A stretch of 25,480 nt of DNA, taken from the NCBI RefSeq assembly GCF_000143415.4, contig NW_003314263.1, positions 1,611,893 to 1,637,372 of the forward strand, in the 5' to 3' direction. Each line of letters opens with the position of its first letter. The stretch's first letter is position 1. This document shows, one piece after another, positions 1-10,016 of the stretch. The notes beneath the pieces were generated by a model. That model was not told the origin of the DNA. It saw only the letters and a list, made by a program, of their open reading frames with translations, and did no database searches. Both the position numbers and the translations under genes were made by a program. The stretch comes from Selaginella moellendorffii. Lineage: Eukaryota > Plantae > Lycopodiophyta.

Positions 1-2030
1 AATATAGCATCAAAGCATTTTAAGAAGCATTAGAAGTAGAACTACTGTTGGTTAAAATTTGATGCAATTGAAGGCACAATGTTTTGCAAGATTTGCAAGG
101 CAAATCCACGGACTAAGAATATTTTTGGCAAATAGAGTAGTAGTAATTTTCAAAAGAGTATCTTACACAGTCATGCTAACTCTGAAGATCACAAGGAGTC
201 TATATTTGCTGAGGAGGTGCACCATGGGAAGTAGCAATCGATTTCAAAAGCTACAACTAAACATCTACATCATGTTGAATAAGGTGCTTGTGTTATTTCA
301 TTCTACTTATTATATTGTGAAAGGAATTGCTCTATTCACTTGTTTTCAAAAGTTGATTGAACTTCATCAACTTAACGAGATGAACATTCCAAGATATTAC
401 AATAGTGATAAAGGTTGTTCACAATTGATAACTTCTATTAACAAGGTATGTTTAAGAAACTATGTGATTCTAACATGGTTCATGATTCACTTCAGGTTAT
501 AGTTAAAAATATCTTACAAAAGGTTAGGGAAAGTCCTTATTTTGGATTAAAGGTGGATGAATCGACTGATATAAGGTATTCCTTAATTTAGATTTATTAG
601 TTTTCTTACAATTCAATTTATTTTTAGCATTATGAAGCATTTGATCTTTTACGTAATTTACATAATGAAGATGAACTACTTGGGGATTGTCAGCATCGAT
701 GATAGTGGTGTAGCAAGTATCTTTATCTACATTAGTGATATTCTTAAGCTGTGGAACTTAGATATGTAGTGGTTCATAGGTTTTGGTTCAGATGGATGTA
801 ATGTCATGGCTGGTAGTAAGACATAGGTAACAACCAGGCTAAAGGAGATCAATCCCTTCTTAAGTAGTGTTCACTGTATGGCATATCAAGCCAATTTATG
901 TGTAGAAGATGTTTATGGGATGGAGAATGTGCTACATAATGCATGAAGATTGATAAATTAGTGAATAAGGTAGCAACTTACTTCAGCAAAAGCTCAAAAA
1001 GGTTTGCTTAGCTGATGGAAATTGAAATGGAACATGATTATACCAAGCTTAAGCTGTAGCATATACAAGATACAAAGTGGTTAAGTCATGGAAGGGCTTT
1101 TTCTAAGCTTTGTGAATGTTTGGAGCCAATAGCTAAATTTTTCAAATGAAGTGGCAAGTTGCAACATTACAACAAGCTGAGAACTCTCAAGAACATGTAT
1201 GTCTTGCATTTTTTGGCTGATATTTTACAGGTGATGAGTAATCTCAATTAGAAATTCCAAGAGAAGCTAATTGATATCACCATAGTTGGACCCTTGTGTC
1301 AAGAGACTATTATGAAGCTGAACCAATATTACATTAGTGATGAGATTGATTTAAATGGTAATCTTATGGATAGTAAATCATATCCATACATCCCTGATGG
1401 TGGTAGTAAGGATGGCTTCCTCCATGCTTTGAGAGCTTTAATTAAAGGAGATGCTTACAGAACTATACAATTGATTTGGTCAAAAGATGAAAGTTATATA
1501 GTTCCAAGAAGCTATGTAGTTTCAAATCTCCTTTACTTCTACTCTCATTTCAGCTATTAAAAAATGACTACAAGACACAGGGATACTCTCCAAGATGTAG
1601 GTTATAGCTCTGATTAATTTGCCAATCCTTGTTAAGGAAAACAAACGGTTTGGGATTACAAAGGTAAAGGAGCTTGCAAAATTTTATAGAAAGCATTTAG
1701 AGGTGGATGGAATTTTTGTTAAAGGTATTGTGGATCCTTTAACCTTCATGGAAGAGTATTTGACTTGGAAGCTACTTGCTTTGGAAGAATGGAAAGGACA
1801 AAATTTTATTGATATATAGAGCATCATACATAGTCAAACAAATTGGGCAAAGAGCTTTCCAAACTTGCTTCAAGTTGGTGAAATTATGATGGTGCAGTGT
1901 GTTAGCATTGCAAGTTGTGAGTGAGGTTTCAACAGAATAAACTTGATCAAGAATAAGTATAGAAATCAAATGAGTATTGAAGCAATTAATGCTCTCATAA
2001 GGATTTCAACTGAAGGTCTTGAAATTTAGA
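1..2030 (+). pseudogene. Degenerate hAT-superfamily (ZNF862-like) transposase with short introns; may begin before the window
   Basis: Manual translation gives a TTF-type zinc finger (WLKFDAIEGT-MFCKICK...HSHANSEDH, MFC at 79), YFGLKVDESTDI (~540-575), GFGSDGCNVMAG (~780-813), INPFLSSVHCMAY, and a C-terminal dimerisation motif SIASCE*GFNRINLIKNKYRNQMSIEAINALIRIS (~1900-2010). GT-AG introns at 446-495 and 576-627 restore the frame. Many in-frame stops are present. Confidence 0.85.
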
Positions 2031-2099
2031 AGTTTAACTTTAATGAAGTTATGGACCACTAGAAGAAAAGTGCACACTATTGACAAATTTTTTCATAGT

Positions 2100-2827
2100 T
2101 GTAAACTTGTTTAACCTTATGTTTTTATTAATAAAAGAATTTTTACCTGAGAAAATTTGGATTAGAAGGTTTAATCCTGGGAATTTTGAAAAATTTTTAG
2201 AGGTTGAACTCAAGAAGGATTTTTGCTTTGAAAGGTGAAAGGCTTTGTTGAACGCTATCATGGACTCTTAGTATAAAGGTTGTCTTGGGCACACTACCAA
2301 GTGGGGGATGCCTTGAAGTCATAATGCATGGTTAAATTGCTTAGTGTGAAAGTTTAGCATATCTAACTTGAACACTTTGGTGCAAGTGGCACTAAGAATA
2401 TGGTGAATGAGATGGGGACACCCAGTTTCAGTTGTTATGGACCCTTGGCTGGAAGGGTTGGCTTGAGCGCACTGCCAAATGTGGGGGATGCCCTTGGGGT
2501 CATAGTAAGCAACTTAAAAGTCTAGAAGATCTACTTCTTATTGGTAAACTTATTAAGGTGTCAAGGTGAGATAATTAGGTGAACAAGGATAAGATCCTTG
2601 TTTGGTTAGGGAATAAGATTCTTAGCTCAAAGTGTTGATTTAAATTATTAGTAAGAGTATGGCTTGATTAAGATAACCAAGTGGAAAAGACACCTAAAGA
2701 AATGAACTATAACAATGCAATAGTATTATGAGTCTAAGAGAATAGTCTAAGGAAGGACCCATGGGTGGGTCACAAGGTTGAGCTGTAGATAGCACCCATA
2801 GTAGAAATGCTAAAGAGACTTACTAAG
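2100..2827 (-). mobile_element. Decayed retroelement-like sequence, left part of the host element interrupted by the LTR insertion (possibly a LINE 3' region)
   Basis: It is contiguous with 10017 onward across the CTAAG TSD and has the same purine-rich + strand composition. There is only weak motif resemblance (IAFNKAF near 2240-2260, minus strand). Confidence 0.3.
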
Positions 2828-3978
2828 TGTCGCGAATGTGACTTTAGGTATCGAAAGTTACCTGTCGGCTAGTCCTTTCGGATATTCTTACCTTACTGCC
2901 ACGACGGCAGGAGGTCGGTATTGCTGGACCCTTTATCAGTCCCTCTTGTGCTAGTGGAGTTAACTGGGCATTTCGAGTGTACTTAGACCGGACGAGCATA
3001 AGGACGGAATTCTTACGTGTTATTAGCTAAGCATACTTAGCCCGGTAAGGAGTTCCCGTCTCGTTTTGTCTTGCACTGGCTAGTGATAAGAACCCTCGCG
3101 TATTGAGATTGGTCCCTCAATATCGCTACATGATAGCTTACCGTGTCTACCAAACACCCTCGCTATCATGCCCTTTGTGTTAGTCTCATTTCGGTCCCAA
3201 ATGCTATTTATGGAAAGTGTCCAGATTTGCTCATTTGGCATATCTACGGAATGTACAGATCGGCTTGAACACGATGGTGTTCGTCCCATGTCCAAATTCG
3301 CAATCTAAGGACATTCCATATTTAGTAAGTTTCGAGTTTGTCCCAGAGACTAACTCCTGATACTAAGGGAGGCTTGGGGTGAAAGCCCAAAGCGTGTGTT
3401 CCTCAAGAGGGGGGGGGGGGGCTATGGGGGGTTCCAAATGTATAGTAGGGATAGTGGGTAGGTCGGGCATGGCCGACCAACCTGAGGCATAGTCTAGCTC
3501 CCGCTTGCATGCCTGTCCTTGTTCTGCGTCCGGCTTGGGTCTAAGCCCAAGTTCCATTCCATGCTAGCTGGTGGAGTACCCATATCCTCACGTTAGGCCA
3601 CCGGTATGCTGAAATAGCGCCAGACTCCGTTTGGCTCCGTTTTGCGTGCTGGTCCTGGCATTGATATGCTGGTTGCTCCAGGACTGTTCCAAGTCGCTCC
3701 GGGCTCCTGTCCCTTCGCTCCTTGGGCTATATGCTCGGGAGTTGCTCCGTGGTCCGGTTCCATCACTCCTTGGCGTCACGCTTGGGAGTTTGGCACCATT
3801 CCTTCGTTCAGTGGCCCAAGGCCCTGAACCTCGGGTTCCTATGGACACGTGGCACGGACACGTGGTATGTGACACATGGCATCTGTCGCGTGGCACAAAG
3901 AGGGTTTAAGTTCCGCTTCGTGGTGTTATCCTATGGTAAATCACCATAGGATAAAAGGTCAAAACCACGTGCGCTACA
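2828..3978 (+). repeat. 5' LTR (1151 bp)
   Basis: Starts TGTCGCGAAT and ends GCGCTACA; near-identical copy at 8939-10011. Confidence 0.95.
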
Positions 3979-3980
3979 TT

Positions 3981-3991
3981 TGGTATCAGAG
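3981..3991 (+). promoter_or_regulatory. Primer-binding site complementary to the initiator tRNA-Met 3' end
   Basis: TGGTATCAGAG, 2 nt after the 5' LTR end; this is the canonical plant iMet PBS. Confidence 0.92.
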
Positions 3992-6900
3992 GATGAGTCT
4001 CAGCGAGTACTATTCAATGAGATTGGGCAACTAGTCTCGTTGCATATGCAGAGATGAAAACGATGATCCGAGTGGGTACACATTTGGGTGCAAAGACTTC
4101 GGAATTGTTCCTTGGGTATAAATATTGTTACCTTGTTATACCTTATGATGTGAGCTTGAGCTTGGGCTCATAAGAGGGAATAAGTTGTTCCAATTTGCAT
4201 GAGTTTGCGCTTGGGCTCGTGAGTGAGGCACATTAGCAACTTGAGGTTACGCTTTGAGTTGGCAGGATTAATGTTAGCCTATCAGTGGTTCCGTGAGTTG
4301 TTCCATGTACCATGGGTAAAAGCAAACCTTCCCTGAGTTTGCTATGAGTGGCAAATAGGCTGGTCTGTAGCTGTTTAGCACGGCACTAGTGGATCCTTCC
4401 TAGGCATAGTTACAAGTGGATCAATCAAGACTGTAGGGATAAGTCTATTGATTTCAAGTAATTGTTGCTATGCTCTCTCATAAACTTTTCTTGGATTGGA
4501 CTGAAGGCAGTGCGAATGCAAGCTTGAAGTGTAGTCAAAGATGAGACCGAAAAGAGAGTCATCGGGGACGAAGGATCAAACACGTAAATTATCTTCTCTT
4601 CTTGGAGAGATGATTTGCAACGAGGTGTGACTCATTGCTCGTGTTCACATTATGCAATCAAGAGTCCCTACCTTGATGCATGTTGGAGATGATGGTCTTA
4701 CAAATGACGAGTTGTGGGATGGATAGCGGTGAAGCGCTATACCATTTTGTCTAGGCTTGCTATTGGAAGACTTGGGTTGCAATGCTCAATTCTTTTCTGG
4801 GGAACCTTGTAGCTTGGTGTTGGATTAGTTTTGAGTTTGGTCGGAAAGAGAGTGGCATGAGCTTGTCCATGTTGTGAACAAAAGTTAGTGGTGTTGGGTG
4901 TTGTAAATCTCTATTGATAGGGTGTGGCATTTATGTTGCATTTTGTCGAATCGAGTTAGCACTTGATATTCACATAAACCTTTGCAGTAGTGACATGGGC
5001 ATTGCTCATAGTGTTGCTTGATTGATGATCAAGTCATTGTGATTTATATCATATCCATGTGATAATAAGCAATGTGTTTACGAAGTTGCTTGGTTAAACG
5101 ATGATCAACCCCAAAGTGGTTGATGGAGAAGCTAGTCTACTTGCACGTAGTAGCATTGTAGTAGCCTTGACTGGATTCTCAATGGTGGTCTATTATGCTA
5201 AGCTTATGTTGGTACCTTGTTTCCTTGAGGGTTTGCCTATAAGGTGTTGGGAATGGGTTGTAGCATTCATTTGCTATAGCTCATCTATTGATCCGTTAGC
5301 ACTTGGAGTAGATTATTGGATGGAGAAGGTGTGAGGTTGATGCATTGACATCGCTAGCACTTGTGTTAGTGGAAGTGGCATTGTTGATTCGAGTGATGAG
5401 GAATTTTCCTTGGACCTTGATTTTCTATGTCATTTTTCTTGTTAGTGTTTTGGCTTCACATTAGATCTTGAAGATGATTGAAGAAGAGTGTTAGTGCAAT
5501 GTGGATATCCGAAGATGTGGTCTTTATGATCAAGCCTTGGATGTTCCATTTGCATTTTACGGATGTCGGAAGTATGGGCAAAAAGATGTTCAATGCTTAA
5601 GCATATTATGGGTCATGAGAATTTGTGTTGAGGTGAACCTATGTGAAGTTGTTAGTAGGAGGAAGTTGGTTGAGTCTTGAAAGTTTGCAATCCTGGACTG
5701 AGAGACATTCTTTCTTTAGGATGGGAAATTTTCCACAAATTTTCTTAAACTTTTCCGATGGCTGATCTGTTGATCACTTTGCCCAAAAACCATTCTGTTT
5801 TCGTAAGCCAGTACAAACTAGTGAAGGGGTTAGAGTTGACTTCGGTTAGCTTAGACCTTAGTAGGTAGTTTGTATGATGCGACCCAAAAGGGATGCTAAC
5901 TTTTGGGGCTAAAGCAATTGAGTTGGATAGAGTCTGGAGTTGGTGTAGAAAAGTGGCTGTTGCGCTTTTCTAAGAAAGGTGACCCTTGTGCCTTTCTTTT
6001 GTAGCATTGTGCTTGGTGGCAGTTTGCACCTTGCATTACATTAGACTCTATGAGAGTAGTGAGCTCTCACTGATCTTGACTTGGTCTTGGTGGCCCTGCA
6101 CCTTGGCTGAGGATGGTGATGTCCAACTTAGTTGTTTGAGGTTGAGATGTTGGCACCCGTACTATAGCTTTGTCTATGAGGAGGTTGTGTACCGATATGA
6201 GTCCATCTTATGGTCTTCACTTTAGTTTCGACTGAGTGTTAATTGCATAGCTAGCCTCTTCAAAGCATGCTCAGAGCTAGTGGCTAAATGTTTTAGTAAG
6301 CTTATTGCGGTTGAGTTGGATTTGAGTGGTCATTTCGTTTGTGCTTGTCTATGAACTTTTATCTTGTACTTGAGGTATCACGTTCATATTGGGCAAGTAT
6401 ATAACTTGATGACAAGAGTTGGTGTTTAGGTCTTGTGAAGGCAAGTTGAGGAGTGATTGTTAGTTGCTTTGTGACTAGTGATTACTTGTAGACTTCGTCA
6501 AGGACCATTGACACTTACTTTGCTCGATGATGATTTAGCAGTGATGGGCTTGCTTTACCGGATGGTGTTGCGGAGGATCATGTCGTTAGACTTACATGGG
6601 TTTTCCATGTTGGCATATCGACTCTATCTTTGTTGATATCATTTGGTTGCGTTTAGTTCGTGGTGTTAGATTTCATTGAGTCTTGGATGTGGTGAATCAC
6701 TCCTTGATGAAGTGTTATCTGTAACTGAGTTTTGTTGGAGGATTGGTCTCGGATACTGACTAAAGTATCTTCGACTTTGGTTAGCTTGGTTGCTAGAGAG
6801 TTTTGAGTGGTGATTCACTCGTGCTTTCTTTTAGCTTTGTTTTGGTGTTGATGGCATTAAAGTGATGCCTTGTCATTGACATTGTTGGTATTGAGATTCA

Positions 6901-8925
6901 AGTGAAATGAGATGTCTCTCTGTAGGATTGATATTGAGTTTCATTAGTTCTGATAAAAATAGTGTTAATGATTTGGCTTTAGCTTTGTGTTGTTGGCATT
7001 CATGCATTTGCTAGTTAGCAACTGTGTTGACGTTCAAATGAACTGAGTAGCAAGTTGAGTTAGTTGTGTTCTAGATGAGATTATTTAGTAGGGGTTGAGC
7101 TTTAGCTTTTCCTTGAAAAATGATTCAGTCGTGGACTATGCTAACTCTACAAGTGGAAGAGTTAGTGATCGATATTGGGAAGTTTGAATCCTTATTGGGT
7201 TTAAATTGGACTATATTGATCATTGATGATTCCCTTGTGCTTGTTACGACATGAGTTACGTCTTGCTATAGATGAATTCATGGAGGATCGTTTGATGATC
7301 ACTTGTTAAGCATAGCTTTGTTATGCTTAGCTTTTGGATTGATGCAGACATGCTCTCTTCATTAGCTTTCGCATTATGAAGTTTGGTTTATGGATGTGTT
7401 GAGGAAGATATTGTGGGTTGCACCATGGTTTCTTCTTTAGCATTGAAATTAGTTCATGTAAAGACTCGTGATCATTATTAGGCAAGACTTAGTTATAGGC
7501 TTCTTCAAACTTTTGGTTCCTTGAGTTTTCATGCTCATTATTCCATTTGTTAGAAGTTGTTGGGGGAAGGCATTTTTGGCTCTTTAGCTTTGATGTTGAA
7601 GTTAGTATTTGCATCTAGCAATCATTGGTGATGATTGACTATCATCTAGGATAATTGATTATCCATGTCAAAAAGTTTTGCTTGATTATTGTTGGTATAG
7701 AATGGTTTGCCGTTCTTCGGGATGGTGGATTCCTTCTTAGACGATGATTATGCATCTCTTTATTGATGGAATGATTGATGATCTTTCATTATGGTTAGTT
7801 GTTCTCTTTGATAGTTTATGGCTTTTTGCAATACCATATATTCTTTGTGGTTTGCTCTGGATTGGTCTCTTGGGTTTGAGACATCAGTAGGATGTTGCTA
7901 ACACTTGCTTAGGCAACTTGAGTTCCTTGGTATTGTTGGCTGGGATCTATTCAGATTGGCTTTTGTGATAGTTGGCAGGCATGAGTGTTTGTTGGTCTTA
8001 CCACATTCATTCTCTTCTGTTGATTGTTGCTCGAGTTAGTTTTAATAGATTTGGATGTTATTTCCTTTGGGTAATACATTCGCGAGCATTGTGCTTGTTA
8101 GTCAATGATACTTTGTGTTCTTTGAGTTCTCTCTAGTAAGTTGTTGGCTTACTGTCTACTTTCTTCGGTAGTTAAGTTTCATCATTGAGTTTCCTTGATG
8201 ATATACTAGCTATTGAATTTTGTTGGATGGTCATTCCTATGTTTGCCAAATTATGATGATCTTGGTGGTTCCTATCTACTATAATACTAGTTTATCAGAT
8301 GATAACTTACTTGGAATACTTTTGTGTTCTAATCTAAGATATATTCACTGATATTTAAGACTCTCAGATATCATTGTCTATGACTTTGATATTGTCCATC
8401 TATTGCTCTTTGAGTTTGGGCCAGTATAGGCAGACTGGCTTCGGCACTTCGTATGCATGTTGAAATCTCTAGTCATGGGATAGCTACTATCGACTGGTCA
8501 CATCACCCACCTCTCTGTCGATGTTCCTTATTCCGTGAAAGGGCGTGACCGTGTAAACAACTCTAACTGCCTGTTGATAGTAGTCTATCTAAACCTTACC
8601 GACGGGTTTGGTTTCTTTGCTCAGGAGGGTTGGGGCCTCTGGCTTCTCTCTCTATGTCCCTGCGGGCAGGGCATATCACACTTTTGTAAGCTGGGTGACT
8701 CCCAGAGCAGCAGGGGTGGCTGACTCCGTTGGTCATTTCCTTGTCGGTGACGGCCGGAAGGTGTCTGAGCTGGTAGCGCATCCGCGTTAGACAACGAGGT
8801 TCCCCCTAACTCATTTAAGTTGGTGCATTTCTCACATAGTGTGAGTACCGTGAACTTTTTATGGAGTTGTTTCCTTGGCGGTATTCTAGATTGGAGTATG
8901 CATCCACGAGGACGTCGATCTTCCC
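3992..8925 (+). pseudogene. Extremely decayed gag-pol remnant
   Basis: No ORF exceeds ~80 aa. Residual motifs are IKP..PF/KKD/MRICVE (5615-5632; compare gypsy RT LRMCVDYR), a GLLQ-like stretch (~7498-7511) and GLPFFGMVDSFL (7704-7739; compare integrase GLP...DSILVVVD). Confidence 0.6.
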
Positions 8926-8938
8926 AAGGGGGGGAGAG
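8926..8938 (+). promoter_or_regulatory. Polypurine tract
   Basis: AAGGGGGGGAGAG immediately before the TG of the 3' LTR. Confidence 0.92.
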
Positions 8939-10011
8939 TGTCGCGAATATGACTTCAGGTATCGAAAGTTACCTGTCGGCTAGTCCTTTCGGATATTCTT
9001 ACCTTACTGCCACGACGGCAGGAGGTCGGTATTGCTGGACCTTTTATCAGTCCCTCTTGTGCTAGTGGAGTTAACTGGGCATTTCGAGTGTACTTAGACC
9101 GGACGAGCATAAGGACGGAATTCCTACGTGTTATTAGCTAAGCATACTTAGCCCGGTAAGGAGTTTCCGTCTCGTTTTGTCTTGCACTGGCTAGTGACAA
9201 GAACCCTCGCGTATTGAGATTGGTCCCTCAATATCGCTACATGATAGCTTACCGTGTCTNNNNNNNNNNNNNNNNNNNNNNNNNNNNNNNNNNNNNNNNN
9301 NNNNNNNNNNNNNNNNNNNNNNNNNNNNNNNNNNNNNNNNNNNNNNNNNNNNNNNNNNNTAAGTTTTGAGCTTGTCCCAAAGACTAACTCCTAATACTAA
9401 GGGAGGCTTGGGGTGAAAGCCCAAAGCGTGTGTTCCTCAAGGGGGGGGGGGGGGCTGTGGGGGGTTCCAAATGTATAGTAGGGATAGTGGGTAGGTCGGG
9501 CATGGCCGACCAACCTGAGGCATAGTCTAGCTCCCGCTTGCGTGTCTGTCCTTGTTCTGCGTCCGGCTTGGGTCTAAGCCCAAGTTCCATTCCATGCTAG
9601 CTGGTGGAGTACCCATATCCTCACGTTAGGCCACCGGTATGCTGAAATAGCGCCAGACTCCGTTTGGCTCCGTTTTGCGTGCTGGTCCTGGCATTGATAT
9701 GCTGGTTGCTCCAGGACTGTTCCAAGTTGCTCCGGGCTCCTGTCCCTTCGCTCCTTGGGCTATATGCTCGGGAGTTGCTCCGTGGTCCGGTTCCATCACT
9801 CCTTGGCGTCACGCTTGGGAGTTTGGCACCATTCCTTCGTTCAGTGGCCCAAGGCCCTGAACCTCGGGTTCCTATAGACACGTGGCACGGACACGTGGTA
9901 TGTGACACGTGGCATCTGTCACGTGGCACAAAGAGGGTTTAGGTTCCGCTTCATGGTGTTATCCTATGGTAAATCACCATAGGATAAAGGGTCAAAACCA
10001 CGTGCGCTACA
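8939..10011 (+). repeat. 3' LTR (contains an assembly gap)
   Basis: Copy of 2828-3978. The 100 N replace about 177 bp seen in the 5' LTR (3149-3325). Confidence 0.95.
9260..9359. other. Assembly gap (100 N)
   Basis: Run of N. Confidence 1.
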
Positions 10012-10016
10012 CTAAG

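Larger units (their letters stand above)
2828..10011 (+). mobile_element. Full-length LTR retrotransposon (Ty3/gypsy-like, tRNA-iMet primed), apparently non-autonomous
   Basis: Two TG...CA direct repeats (2828-3978 and 8939-10011), 5-bp TSD CTAAG (2823-2827 and 10012-10016), PBS after the first LTR and PPT before the second. RT-like remnants (~5540-5630) lie upstream of integrase-like remnants (~7500-7740), which is the gypsy order. Confidence 0.95.

Noticed and set aside
59-502. 147-aa ORF as a standalone gene
   Set aside because: Its first part is off-frame relative to the transposase zinc finger and its end runs into an intron, so it is part of the hAT pseudogene.
3080-3949. Several 60-102 aa ORFs in the LTR, repeated at 9191-9942
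   Set aside because: They overlap on both strands in GC-rich LTR sequence and have no motifs. They recur only because the LTR is duplicated.
8608-8790. ORF possibly encoding a chromodomain
   Set aside because: There is only a vague YHTFVSW resemblance, which is not supportable without an HMM search.
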